DNA from: Lophium mytilinum | Taxonomy: Eukaryota | DNA length: 64,000 nt | Reading direction: 5' to 3' | Assembly (NCBI GenBank): GCA_010093605.1 | Contig: MU004189.1 | Location: forward strand, 1 to 64,000 | Shown: positions 49,369 to 61,329 of the stretch, one piece after another | Layout of the letters: every line of letters begins with the position of its first letter | Position numbering within the stretch: position 1 is the first letter of the stretch | Translations under genes and position numbers: made by a program | The notes under the pieces: model-generated | What the model was told of the DNA's origin: nothing | Databases searched by the model: none | Seen by the model: only the letters and a program-made list of their open reading frames with translations

Positions 49369-51531
49369 CTACAATCTCTGCGTCTTCTCCCCCCTCTCAA
49401 AAAAGTCCAGCGTCAATGCCGCCAAAAACCCCGGAATCTCCTTCTTCCCCTCAACCCAAAACGCAATCTGGTCACGGATCTCGCTTGCAAACGCGCTCTG
49501 CGGCCCCCCGCTCACCTTCATCGTGCCGTTCTCGCCATCGAACACGATGCTGTTCTCCCCCGTCTCCTCATCCCCGGGGTAGAACATAGAGGTCACCCGC
49601 ACCCGCCCGTTCGGCATGAAGTCCATCTTCCATCCTAAGACTGATGCGACGGCTTCCCGGAACTCCTGCGATTTCGCGCCCCATATCTGCTTGAGCCGCT
49701 TCATGCGCTTCTCCCGCTCTGCGACGGTGTGCTGCAGCTCGATGATCTCGTCTTGGGACGCGTGCAGTGTGGCGATGGGGACGGAGTCTGGGGGTGGAGT
49801 GGCGCCCTCGAGGCGGGCAAGGAGGGCGGCGTTGGCGGCGCGGAGGGTGGTGACGGTGCTGAGCTTTAGAGCTTCAGCGTCGGCCGTGGGATTGGAGCGG
49901 AGCTCGAGAACACGCGTGCGTGAGCTCGCTTTCAGGGACTTGAGTTGGCTCTTTTGCGCCATGAGCTCAGACTCGAGCACTGCGATGCGTTTGGTGAGTT
50001 GGGTGGCCTCGTCTTGAAGTTGGCGGTTCTTCCGGCGCAGTTCGCCTAGGCGCTCGTCGTCGTCAGCGTCAAGGGCGCGCTTTTGGCCTGCAGCGATGGA
50101 AAGAGGGGAGCGGGGAGCGGTTTCGGCGGCCGAGAGCTCGTTCTGGAGGGTTTGGGATTCTTTGCGGTACTCGTCTACGAGGGACTCCAGCTCTTGGATT
50201 CGGTGCGTTTTCTGGGCGTCGTATTTGTCGGGTTGCATTTCGCTTTCTTCGATGTCGAAGGTCTTGAGCTGGGCGCGGAGGTACTCGACTTCCTTGGTTG
50301 CGAGGGCTTTTTGGCGCTCGAGTCGGGCGCGGACTTTGTTGTCTGGTGCACCGCCTGATGAGCGTAGCTTCTGCACTTCCTCTAATAGCTTCGCCTTTTG
50401 GTCTTCTAAGGCGCGGATGTTCTCGTCTTTAACGCTCAGTTCGGGCTGGATTGCACCCAGTCGTTCCATCAATGAAGCGGTTTCGACTCGTTCCCGAATG
50501 AAGGCCTTGGCGAGATCCTCCGGGGTGTCGAATTGTAGCTCTCCCTGTGTAGATGACATGTTTTCGAGATATGATGTCCATGACTGCCTCTCGTCTTCCA
50601 GGACCTGTCGCTTCACCTCCGACTCGCTCAACTCCCGGCGAAGGTCATTCATCATGTGGACCTTGCCCTCCAGCGTCCTCTTCTCTTCCTCTACAAGTTC
50701 GATGCTCTTGTGAAGCTTCCGGTATTGTTTCAGCTCCGCATATTGCTCCCGATTCGTAGCCTCGAGCTTCTTGATGTGTGCCACCTGCTCCGAAAGCTCC
50801 CGCTTGATCACTGCTAAAGTGTCCACATCCCCGGATTGCGCCTTCAGCCTCAGAATCTCGGCCTCAAGCTCGCCCGCCTCATCTTCGCGATTGGACAACC
50901 TCTGCTGCGCCGTCTGAAGCGCCGCAACCTTCGCATCCAGGTCCGTCCGCAGCTCCTCCACCGTGGTCTTCAGTGTCTTACACTGTGTCTCCAGCCCGTC
51001 ATATTTATGCTTATTGCTCCGCGCAATCGACGAAAGCTCCGCCTGCGCCTCATCCACCTCCTCCTGCAAGTCCTGGCTCTTCTCCTGCGCCGCGCGCACC
51101 TTTCGCTCAAGCTCTTTCTTTTCATTCGCGTTCCGATCCTGCGCCTCCTGGTGTTCGCGCATCATACTCGTATACTTGGCGGCCGTGGCATTGTTCGAGG
51201 CCTCGGCGGCCTGGGCGCGTCGAAAGTCTTCCTCGGCCTTGGACTGCGCGTCCCGCACCTCCTGCTGGTGCTGCAGGGCCGCCATCTCGCGCTCTTGCTT
51301 GAGCGTGTCAAGCTCATATTGGAGGGTGTTTAGTTGCGCGCGGAGGTCTTCGTTTCCGAGGTCTGTATGCGTGTCAATGGCAGTCGTGTGTTTGGAGTGC
51401 TGGGCGGACTGACCTGGGCGTGAAATGTGAGAGGCGCGAAGGGTTTCCGCCCCTCGGAAAGGCACCCGAGGTGGAGTGGAGGCGCCAGTTAGAAAGTCAT
51501 ACGTGGGCACGCTTTGGTTGCGCGCCGCCAT
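49369..51531 (-). CDS. mad1: Spindle assembly checkpoint protein Mad1
   Basis: Long coiled coil, RVLELRSNPT (Mad2-interaction region), KRLK motif, FREAVASVLGWKMDFMPNGRVRVTS C-terminal domain; single exon from ATG 51,531. Confidence 0.93.
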   Translation of the reverse strand: MAARNQSVPTYDFLTGASTPPRVPFRGAETLRASHISRPGQSAQHSKHTTAIDTHTDLGNEDLRAQLNTLQYELDTLKQEREMAALQHQQEVRDAQSKAEEDFRRAQAAEASNNATAAKYTSMMREHQEAQDRNANEKKELERKVRAAQEKSQDLQEEVDEAQAELSSIARSNKHKYDGLETQCKTLKTTVEELRTDLDAKVAALQTAQQRLSNREDEAGELEAEILRLKAQSGDVDTLAVIKRELSEQVAHIKKLEATNREQYAELKQYRKLHKSIELVEEEKRTLEGKVHMMNDLRRELSESEVKRQVLEDERQSWTSYLENMSSTQGELQFDTPEDLAKAFIRERVETASLMERLGAIQPELSVKDENIRALEDQKAKLLEEVQKLRSSGGAPDNKVRARLERQKALATKEVEYLRAQLKTFDIEESEMQPDKYDAQKTHRIQELESLVDEYRKESQTLQNELSAAETAPRSPLSIAAGQKRALDADDDERLGELRRKNRQLQDEATQLTKRIAVLESELMAQKSQLKSLKASSRTRVLELRSNPTADAEALKLSTVTTLRAANAALLARLEGATPPPDSVPIATLHASQDEIIELQHTVAEREKRMKRLKQIWGAKSQEFREAVASVLGWKMDFMPNGRVRVTSMFYPGDEETGENSIVFDGENGTMKVSGGPQSAFASEIRDQIAFWVEGKKEIPGFLAALTLDFFERGEKTQRL

Positions 51532-52348
51532 GGTGAAGGGTGCTGTTGACAATGTAAGGTGGTGGGAGGTGTGGTAATTTGGTTCTTGTGAAAGCAGTTT
51601 GAGGAACAGTTCACACGACATCCAGTAAGTGCTAGTTCATGGCCCCATCCCTGGGGTGGGATCTGGCGTGGTGCAGTGATTCGGTTTGTTGGTGGTGAAT
51701 GAGGATGTTGTGCCCAAAAGCTCGAGAGCCGCATTCAATTCAGCCACAGAGCTGCACGGACCACCACGACTCCAGCCACATACGAAGTACTTCGCATTCA
51801 CCAATTTCCCTCCGGCTGATTACAATCGATCCCTTCGTTGCGTCTCCGAACCATCCATCGGAGCGTCATCTAGCGCTAGACGGATCCCGTTCCGAGCAGT
51901 CATGGCCTCATGTCTGTTGTATGTACCACCGAGCCTGCCGCAAGATTTCTGTTCTCCATTTCTCATTCGCCATAGCCATCAGAAGAAGGCCAACGCCCAC
52001 CAGAACATCTCTACTTGTCTAGCTTTCACATCCCCTGCGCCTTGTAGCCCCCTCATGGCTGCATCAAAGAACCTATCACTACGCAGAACAGTCAGGCCTT
52101 AAAATAGTCTTTTGCTTTTTTTGATGCAGCATCACAGCCTTCCTGCAGGCTGATCGGCATACAAGGCCAGACCTCAGCCTGGAAGCTGCCGCCATCATGC
52201 TCCAATTTTCATCTTTCTCTCGTTTTACGATTCCTTCGCGCTTCTTGTATGACATACAACAGCATGAATCCTTTCGTTCGAGCTTTATAATACAGTGCAC
52301 AGTGCTTTTCGCTCTTGCTCCTCCCTCGTCTGGACAGGCCCATGCATC

Positions 52349-54595
52349 ATGGAAAGCCAGACAGGTCTTATGAGTGCTAGTCTTGCCTCGCGTCCATCGA
52401 TCTCTTCTGCTTCTTCGGTTTCTTCGGTAGAAAGTTACGAATTCCCCGATTCCCGAGAATCACTCCATGAGCATCCTCGGGCTTCCACTTCGGATTCATT
52501 GTCGTACGCTCAAACATGTGACGGCGATTCGTTCGAGGAATCTAACCGACTCGTTCCACCACACGCATACCCAGAGGAACAAGATATTTCTGCAGCAGAA
52601 AAGTCGACCTTCATACCGACCACAATTACTACAAATCCCAAGGCGAAAAAGAACCTTTCTGTTTGGCAACAAACGAAACATCGGTGGCACCACGGTTTTG
52701 TCGCTGAAATCTGCTGTTGCATTATCGCTATCTTTGCGCTGGTGCTTACCGGTTTAACTCTTCGCATGAACCACAACAGGCCTCTACATCGTTGGCCACT
52801 GCACATTTCGATAAACGCGCTTATATCAGTCTTGACTGGGCTTCTGAAAGTGGGCGTTTCTCTCCCGATAACTGAAGGTAAAAGTTATATGTAGCCACTT
52901 TGTTATACTCGATAATACTAACGGAGAAGTAAAGGTATTAGTCAACTGAAATGGCAATGGTTTGGCGAACGTCCGCAAGACCTCATTGATATTGAGAACT
53001 TTGATTTAGCCAGTAGAGACGCCTGGGGATCCTTACGATTTATCTTTCGAATGGATACCACCGGATTAGTTTACTCCTGGCATCCCCCTTGGCGAGTCCT
53101 GCTGTTTCCATTTCAATGGCAGAGACAGTAAGTAGCCTTACAGCGCTTCGCCGCCCGAACGAACCTGTTTCTAATCCGCAGCAGGAATATCCGGAAATAT
53201 TTCACAAAATTCGCCGCTCTCCTTGCCGTTCTCACATTCATGATCGACCCATTTACACAACAAATGGTGGGATTCGTCGACTGTTATCGTACTGTTGGCT
53301 CTGATCGAAACAGTACAGGGCCACGCGGCGCGATTTCAAGAACCAACACATACGCAGTGTCTGGGGACCAACTACCAACAGGGAAGATTGAGATTGACGG
53401 TCCCATGGCCGTCGCAATCACCACGGGCCTAGTCAACCCACCCACAAATGCATCCTCTCTTGTGCAAGCAGAATGTCCGTCTGGAAATTGTACTTTTGAC
53501 CTGTTTCAAACCATTGGAATTTGCCACTCTTGTCAAGATGTATCGCAAATGATACAAGAAGCCACGGACAACTACACGTTGTCTGATATATTTCCCGATG
53601 GTCGTTCCATCGGGGTCAAACGGGAGGTACCTCTGCAGACCAGCGTGTCCCGCAGCGACAATGCCACCATTCTCGAGGTTGCGGTCTTACTACTGCCCCC
53701 TGTACCAGGAGACCAACCTTTCGCCGTTAACTGCCGCATTGATCCGTGCGTGAAGACGTACAACTCTTCGATGACAAACACTGTTTTGAACGAGACTCTA
53801 GTATCCAGCACTCCCATTGGAGCTAACGCGCTATTGAACACGTTCGACCCATCTTTCATGTCATACCTTCTTGCAACCAGACAGACCCTACGAAACGGCC
53901 AGTGGGGAAACTGCACCCCTGTTCCTGCCATGCCAATGCATACGTCCGATGGATACGATGCGATAAACTCCGATTTCGTACTTGTTTCGAATGCGAATAT
54001 CGATGCGGCTCCAAACGAAACGCTAGCAATTGACAACGGTACACTGTGGCCAAAAGATTGTGTCTGGCAGTTCGGCTTATATTCCGACCGCGCTATCCGC
54101 GAGGAGCTTACCACGGATTTTGACAACCTGACGATACATTATCGAAACGGCGGCGATATAGGACCGCTGTACGCGAAGAAACTTTGGATGTATGGAAATG
54201 CAAGCTTCACCTCAGTAGACCAGGCTATGCGTGATCTTACGGATACAATGACGGCGACCGTCAGGAGCGAAGATTTGACTCCAACCGAATGGGCAGTCGG
54301 AAATGTATCGGTCCGCTACACGTGCATTCAAGTACGGTGGGCTTGGTTCTCTTTCCCGGCTGTGCTAGTCGGCTTAGCTACAATATTCCTGATTGTCCTT
54401 ATACTGCAATCCCCTGGCGGTATGGCGGAAAGAACCTGGAAGTCATCGAGCTTGGCCATTCTGTTTTGCGCGTTGGACGACGCTATGAAGATTGCCGGGA
54501 GGTTTGAGCTAACGAGAGAGGAGATGCTGCGACTTGCGAAAACTACGACAGCTCAGCTTGTCCAGGACGAGGAGGGGAGAGCAAGGTTTCTTTAA
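52349..54595 (+). CDS. DUF3176-like fungal membrane protein; 3 exons
   Basis: WPLHISINALIS, PITE|GISQLKWQWF, FDLASRDAWGSL, IDPFTQQ, CPSGNCTF, VRWAWFSFP, WKSSSLA. Confidence 0.85.
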
Positions 54596-54955
54596 GGCAG
54601 CGTGGATTTGCTGTTGCAGTCCGCTGTTTCGGAGGCTAGTCATGGAAGACTTAGGTGCTATGAAGTGAGAGCACGGTGTGCCATGTGTTTGCAATCCTAT
54701 GCAGATTTTGGCGGCCTTGGGCAAGCCTGAATATTCCGAGCCTATCAGGGAACCCAGCCAGGTGGTCGTTGGGAAGTGAGGAACATTTGTGCGGGTATTC
54801 AGCGTTTGAAAACGGCGAACTTGAAGCGAGACGGGTGGTCACGAAGGGAGCGCGCAGATGCGGATTGAAACGTAGTTACGTTCTCTTGTGTTCAAGCTCC
54901 GCGCCATTGTTATGCGCACAGGAGCGAAACGTGCTCGAGGAACCTAGCAGCGAAT

Positions 54956-56871
54956 TTACGCAACCTCCATCACCTCCTCCCTCTTCGTCCCGTCAGCCCC
55001 GATAAACGAGGTATACTTCATCTTCTTAACCGCCGTACTCGCTTTGCGCGGGTTCTTAGACTCGAAGATATCATCCATCTCCTCAAGCGTAAGCCCCTTA
55101 GTCTCGACGAAGAAGAAGTACATAAAGGCAAACTCGAAAAGATCCCAGAAAACGAAGAAGACGTAGAACCAGTATCCGATCTACGCATATTAGCACCGAC
55201 AGCGAGGTTCACTGGGGCTAGGAAAGCGGTACTCACATGAGACAACGCAATCGGCGCAACGAAGGTATTCAAGAACCCAGCGGCCCCTCCCATCAGCTTG
55301 TACGTTCCCATTCCCTTTGCACGCATATCATTGCTCATTACCTCCGCGGGATAGATCGGTTGCATTGATGTCCACGCCCAAGCAAAGATGGCTCCGAAAA
55401 TGTAGATGAAAGCAATCGAGGCCGAGGAAGACGCCTTGCTGCCGGTCTTGACGTAACCGGCAGCTGTTCCAGCGGTAATGGAAAGAGCAATGATCATGCC
55501 GGCGCAGCTACCCAGCAGCATCTTCCGCCGACCGATAATGTCGTGGAAGCGGGTACCTGCGGTCGAGAAGATCCAACCGACCAGGGCGTAGATGATGTTC
55601 ATGAGGAGTTTCGTGTCGGTGTCATGGATGCCAACGTTGGCGATGAGGTAGGGGAGGTAGTATGAAATGACGCTGGTCATCATGATCAGATGATGAAAGA
55701 AAACCATTTGGCAAGGAGATGCTCACTTGTTCCCTGAGAACTGCCCGAACCAGGCGAAGGTCAGGTTGAGCATGGTCCGATATCTCCGCGCAGGAGACTT
55801 GATAAGAACGCGGAGGTCAAAGAAATTCTTCCACTGGGTCACGCCGTCGTCTCGCATGGACTCGATCATTTCTTGCATCTCGAGCTTCACGATTGGATGG
55901 TCTGAGTCGCCGTTTGCGTGGTACTTTACTAGGAAAGCTCTTGCTTCTTCGTGCCGGTCTTTTGCCACAAGCCTGTTAGGTCAGTCAACGCTCACAAACT
56001 AGATACGGAAAGCACTCACCAACGCGGGGACTCTGGGAAGAACAGAATCGCAATAGACACTAGGGCCGGGCATGCCATTTGAAGCCAGAGCGGAAGCCTC
56101 CAGTCCAAGTTACCATGGTGGGATAGATGCTTATGTGCACCGTATACTGACGAGGTTGCGAGAATCGAGCCCTGCAGTTTCGTTCAGCCGGATTCTCCTT
56201 AAAGTCTTGAATTGTGTGCAGATGTACTCACGATAAAGTAGAAGGTGTTGTAAAGCCCGGCCAATGTTCCTCTGTATTGCGCTGGGGCAACTTCGACCAA
56301 GTACAGCGGGCTCGCTGAACAAGCACACGTAGCAAAGAAAGAGAGCAAGAAGCGGCCACCAATGAAAGTCGGAAGATTCTTCGCGGTCGCGGTTATACAG
56401 GTCCCCACGATGACGCCAATGGTTCCGATGAAGATGAAGCGTTTGCGGCCTTGCCAATCTGCGACCCAGACAAAGAGTGCCGCGCACATCTGACCGACGG
56501 AGAAGATGGCAAAAACGATTCCAGTGCTAGCAGTACCGTTTGAAGGAAGGCCGTAGTAGTTTGTGTAGTTAGGCAGGGTGTTTATAGAGCCCATGAGGGA
56601 GCTGTCGAATCCTGAACATGAGGATCAACATCTATTCGGGTACAAGGCGAATGTATCCGCAATACTCACCACTCATTGTGGAGTTCAAGAAGCAGACTCC
56701 GCAAAGCAGGTAGAGTCGCAGATGGCCAGATCCCCAAGCACTAACCTTGTGCTTCGACATGATGGCTGCATATGTTCCATTGGGATTGCCACTGATCTCA
56801 ACCTCCTCCACCACGGCTTTGAGGTCCTCATGGTCGCTCCCAGTCGACATGTTTCGTGCTGGGTCTGCCAT
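54956..56871 (-). CDS. MFS sugar porter (lactose permease/cellodextrin transporter-like); multi-exon
   Basis: [72 protein letters not shown]. Confidence 0.92.
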
Positions 56872-57397
56872 GATACTTTTCGGATCACCGATGTGGACGT
56901 TCAAGAATGGGGTGAAGTGGACAGAAAGACTCGTGTCTCCCGCGTCCTACAGGCGGTATATCTACACACGCCCAGCCGCCTTGACTGACTCTGTAGCGCC
57001 ATACAGAGTCGCATCCTGTCGTCGCAGCCGACCTCGTCCCTCGCTATCGGACGAGTTTCTGCCGACGTGAATGTTGGATGGTTGGCATTCTGGTGATGAT
57101 CGTTGCTCCACACAGAGGCACCCCGCCCTTTGCGGGTGCCCCAACTTCGGCATCCCGTACCCGAACCCTGCTGGAGGAGCACCCACGAAGCACCCTAACT
57201 TCACTACCCCGGATGTCACCCTCAGATGCCGACACCAGTCGCCGCGGCCCGAGAAACGTCGGCGTTTGATTTCTCTCCCCGCGTGATACATGCCGGCCGG
57301 TCTATTGAACGCTGACTACATGCTTCAAAAGGCGCTGATGTATCCCGTCTGATCTCCCAATTTCATATCGGCTATCGAAATCCAGCAATATCACCTG

Positions 57398-60022
57398 ATG
57401 GAGTCGTCGAAATCAATTCAATCCCTCTCCAGCGGATGGAGTTTCAAACAAGGGGCGAAAGACTCCACCAGCGAATGGCTCTCCGCCGCAGCCATTCCCT
57501 CAGAAGTCCACACCGACCTACTCCACCACAAAAAGATTCCAGATCCATACATCAACCTCAACGAGCTCGCCGTGCGTTGGGTAGGAGATGAAACATGGAC
57601 CTACCGCGCGGAATTTCCCACGCCTCAGAGTTTCGGGTTGCCTGGCTTCACCACCGACCTCGTGTTCCAAGGCCTGGATACTTTCGCGACAGTATACCTT
57701 AATGGCTTAGAACTCTTAGTATCGGACAACATGTTTGTCGAGCACCGCATCAACGTAGCAAGTCTGCTTGCTTGGAGCGACGAAAAGAAGACGAATACAC
57801 TCGAGATCGTCTTCGAACCTGCACGCGCAAGAGGCCTGGAACTCGTGAAGCAGCATCCTGAACACCGCTTCATCGTGCATCAGACCGAAGTCAGCCGCGG
57901 GCCAGTGCGCAAAGCCCAGTATCATTGGGGCTGGGACTGGGGTCCAATTCTGATGACATGTGGCATCTGGAAACCGATCAACGTAGAGACGTATGAAGTA
58001 CGGATCGAAGATTTGTGGGTGAAGTACGATCTCAGCGACGATTTGAAGAAGGTCGAGGGTGAACTTTTTGGTATCGTACCAGAGTGCGAGAACTACAATC
58101 TGAACGTCACCTTCGAGCTATCTTTCGCAGGTAATCAGGTCGCGAGAGTCGAAGGCGTGCAAAGGGGTAAAGACGGCCTCTATATTGCCCCATTCTCTTT
58201 CTCAGAACCCTCCCTCTGGTGGCCTCGCAACTACGGTGCTCAAAATCTCTATACTATCAGCATGCATGTCTCTTCTCAGAAAGACACCATTCTCAGTACT
58301 CTCTCCAAAAGCATCGGCTTCCGCAGCACGGCTCTCGTCCAAGAAAAAGACGCCATCGGCACCTCATTCTACTTCCGCATCAACAACGTCGACATCTTCT
58401 GCGGTGGCTCGTGCTGGATCCCAGCCGACAACCTCCTTTCCCAAATCACGCCCGACCGGTATCGTCAATGGCTTGAACTCACTGCCGACGGGAATCAAAC
58501 TATGATCCGCGTCTGGGGTGGCGGGATCTACGAGACTGACACTTTCTACGACGCGTGTGACGAGCTGGGAGTACTCGTATGGCAGGACTTCGCTTTTGCA
58601 TGCGCCCTATACCCGACCTACGACTCGTACCTCAAGTCCGTGGAGCTCGAAGCGCGCCAGAACGCTCGCCGGCTACGAAACCATCCCGCTCTAGTTATCT
58701 GGGCTGGCAACAACGAAGACTACCAACTGATCGAGCGGTACGGGTTGGAGTACAACTTCGAAGAGGACAAAGATCCTGAATCCTGGCTCCGTTCAACATT
58801 CCCTGCACGTTATATCTACGAGCACCTCCTCCCGAAGATCGTGAGCGAGGAGACCAAGGGCATGATTTATCACCCCTCCTCTCCTTGGGGCAACGGCGTA
58901 TCCACCACCCTGAAAGTCGACCAGACAGTCGGCGATGTGCACCAGTGGAACGTATGGCACGGCGAAATGCGGCCTTACCAGCATCTCCCTCAAATGGGCG
59001 GGCGCTTCGTGAGCGAGTTTGGCATGGAGGCGTACCCCCATCTAGAAACACTGAAGAGCTGCGTCACAGACCCGAGCCAGCAGTATCCCGGAAGTCGGAT
59101 GATGGATTTCAGAAACAAGGCTATCGGGCACGAGAGACGGATGGTAATCTACCTTGCGGAGAATTTCAGGATTGCCGACGGCAGCATTGAGACTTTTACG
59201 CACTTGACGCAAGTCATGCAGGCGGATGCGATGAGCTGGGCGTACAGCGGATGGCGACGCCAATGGAGGAGTCGGGGCGATCGGAAATGCGGAGGGGTCT
59301 TGGTGTGGCAGTTGAATGACTCGTGGCCGACAGTGTCTTGGGGGGTCGTTGACTATTGGTTGGTGAAGAAGCCAGCGTGGTATGCGATCAAGAGAGCGAT
59401 GGAGCCGGTGGCGATTGGAGTTGAAAGAAAGTTCCACGATTGGACGCTAAGAAAGGCCGATGAGTTGTGGCAGAGAGATACAGGACATGTTGATCCTGTC
59501 GCCGCTGTGAGGGAGGTCTCGTTCGATCTGTGGGTTGCGAGTAGTCGGCTTGAACCTATTGAGGGTGTTCTAGACATCAGGTACCTCTCCGTGTCTACCG
59601 GCAAGCCGCTCTACAGAGCGATAACGAAAACGGCTACGATCACGCCAAATGGAACGACGGAGGTCTTCACAGACTACAAACCCGAGGATCCTTTGACAGA
59701 AGAAATCCCAGAGGAGCTCGATCCCTACCTCATCCACATTACCTTCGCCGTCGAAGGCAAGGTAATCGCAACACATGTCTCCTGGCCTGATCCAATCAAG
59801 TACTTGAACTTCGACGACCGAGGTGTGAAAGCCGAGTACTCCGATGATAAGCAATCTGTTACGATCACAACTGCTCGGCCAGTCAAAGGATTTGTCTTCA
59901 GTGAGCGGAGAGGAGTGAAGTTAAGTGACAATGGGTTCGACATCATGCCCGACGAAAAGAAAGTCGTCGCTGTGGAAGGAATCGAAGCGAAGGAGTTGCA
60001 TTGGCGATATGTTGGAGCTTAG
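57398..60022 (+). CDS. Glycoside hydrolase family 2 beta-mannosidase, no signal peptide, intronless
   Basis: FQGLDTFA, RKAQYHWGWDWGP, IRVWGGGIYE, WAGNNED (acid/base), RFVSEFGM (nucleophile), WQLNDSWP. Confidence 0.95.
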   Translation: MESSKSIQSLSSGWSFKQGAKDSTSEWLSAAAIPSEVHTDLLHHKKIPDPYINLNELAVRWVGDETWTYRAEFPTPQSFGLPGFTTDLVFQGLDTFATVYLNGLELLVSDNMFVEHRINVASLLAWSDEKKTNTLEIVFEPARARGLELVKQHPEHRFIVHQTEVSRGPVRKAQYHWGWDWGPILMTCGIWKPINVETYEVRIEDLWVKYDLSDDLKKVEGELFGIVPECENYNLNVTFELSFAGNQVARVEGVQRGKDGLYIAPFSFSEPSLWWPRNYGAQNLYTISMHVSSQKDTILSTLSKSIGFRSTALVQEKDAIGTSFYFRINNVDIFCGGSCWIPADNLLSQITPDRYRQWLELTADGNQTMIRVWGGGIYETDTFYDACDELGVLVWQDFAFACALYPTYDSYLKSVELEARQNARRLRNHPALVIWAGNNEDYQLIERYGLEYNFEEDKDPESWLRSTFPARYIYEHLLPKIVSEETKGMIYHPSSPWGNGVSTTLKVDQTVGDVHQWNVWHGEMRPYQHLPQMGGRFVSEFGMEAYPHLETLKSCVTDPSQQYPGSRMMDFRNKAIGHERRMVIYLAENFRIADGSIETFTHLTQVMQADAMSWAYSGWRRQWRSRGDRKCGGVLVWQLNDSWPTVSWGVVDYWLVKKPAWYAIKRAMEPVAIGVERKFHDWTLRKADELWQRDTGHVDPVAAVREVSFDLWVASSRLEPIEGVLDIRYLSVSTGKPLYRAITKTATITPNGTTEVFTDYKPEDPLTEEIPEELDPYLIHITFAVEGKVIATHVSWPDPIKYLNFDDRGVKAEYSDDKQSVTITTARPVKGFVFSERRGVKLSDNGFDIMPDEKKVVAVEGIEAKELHWRYVGA

Positions 60023-60132
60023 ATAGCCGATATGAAGGCTTAGGAGAGTGCGACTGTCTGAAGCAATATCGTTTCGAGACAAGGATTTATGGTAAAAACT
60101 AATCATAACATTGGCCGATGAAAGATCGAAAA

Positions 60133-61329
60133 TTAGACAGTTCCCTTTTCAATCACTCTGTCCAATAGTGCTTTGACATCGTGCCTTTCAAGCGCATCCA
60201 CTGTCGACCGCACCTGTCGCTCAACCGTGTCTGGGTCATGCCCATACCCTCCATTTGTGAGAGTCGCAATGATAGCATCTAGCGGATCCAGAATGAAAAG
60301 ACAATAGTCCTTCCACGCATGCTCGCGGTCATCGATTTTGACTCCATTCTGCTCCAGCGTGTCAGTATACAGATCAAAGATGTCCCGCTCATGTTCCTTC
60401 AAATCCGTGGTTTGCAAGGCCGTCATCAAGAAGTAAGCCAGGTCCCGATACCCGTACCCGCGGAATAAACACTGCCAGTCATACAGTCCCGCAGTCCCAT
60501 CGGCATACGCGAGCGTGTTTCCGAGATGCGAGTCGCCATGCAGCAGTGTCTGCGGCTTTGTCTCCCAGTAGTCGTACACGGTGGCATAGCTCTTTGCCCA
60601 CTCTTCAAAAAGCGCTTTCGCGTACTCCGTCATCCCCTTCGCAGCCTCCGTCTGAAGAAATCGCCCCCGATTCCCCTCGAAATACTTCGAAACCCACTCT
60701 CCTCCGAATCGCCGAGGCCGCGGCCGCACCCATACCATATCAGTCTTGAAGCGCTCCGTGTTCCAGTATCGCGAATGGATCTTTGCGAGCGCAATCGCTA
60801 CCTCCCGTGCGTGTGACAGAGAGCAAGAATCTTTGATCCAGTACGGTTTAATCCCGCGCGCTTCCAAGTCCTCTAGGATGATGACAAAGCGGCCGCCGGG
60901 GTAGCTGCGGGCGTGATAGGATTTAGGAATGACATCGTTTAGCTCTTCCTGAAGGAGCGTGTACACGGCCGCCTCGAGCTCGGCCATGTGCAAAACTGAT
61001 AGCATCTCGCGTAGGTGGGGATTATCCGGTGTGATTTTGATGAAGATATTGCTAGGCAGTTCGGGGTCAGAACCGTCGCTCCAGGTCAATTCAAGTTTGT
61101 GGCGGCTCGTCATGCCTTCGTGTCCTTCAATCGTAGTAATGCCTTCGACCTTATCGTTAGAGGATCCGAGGACTACCGTCAGCCATTCGGGAGTGACTTT
61201 GTCGATGGTGTGGACTTCGTCAAGCTTCAGCTCCGGCGCATGAGCGAGCATTATGTCGGCAGCCATGAGTGTCTCGAGAGCATGCTGGTGCGCGGACGAG
61301 TGGTCTACCGAGTGGTCTACAGACTCCAT
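60133..61329 (-). CDS. APH/choline-kinase-fold phosphotransferase (EcKinase-like), intronless
   Basis: IFIK, VIILEDL, TLLHGDSHLGN (Brenner motif), GLYDWQ, RDLAYFL. Confidence 0.88.
   Translation of the reverse strand: MESVDHSVDHSSAHQHALETLMAADIMLAHAPELKLDEVHTIDKVTPEWLTVVLGSSNDKVEGITTIEGHEGMTSRHKLELTWSDGSDPELPSNIFIKITPDNPHLREMLSVLHMAELEAAVYTLLQEELNDVIPKSYHARSYPGGRFVIILEDLEARGIKPYWIKDSCSLSHAREVAIALAKIHSRYWNTERFKTDMVWVRPRPRRFGGEWVSKYFEGNRGRFLQTEAAKGMTEYAKALFEEWAKSYATVYDYWETKPQTLLHGDSHLGNTLAYADGTAGLYDWQCLFRGYGYRDLAYFLMTALQTTDLKEHERDIFDLYTDTLEQNGVKIDDREHAWKDYCLFILDPLDAIIATLTNGGYGHDPDTVERQVRSTVDALERHDVKALLDRVIEKGTV

Noticed and set aside
43901..51412. Many 60-210-aa ORFs antisense to or overlapping mcm2, UBR7-like and mad1
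   Set aside because: Shadow frames of GC-rich coding sequence with no recognisable motifs
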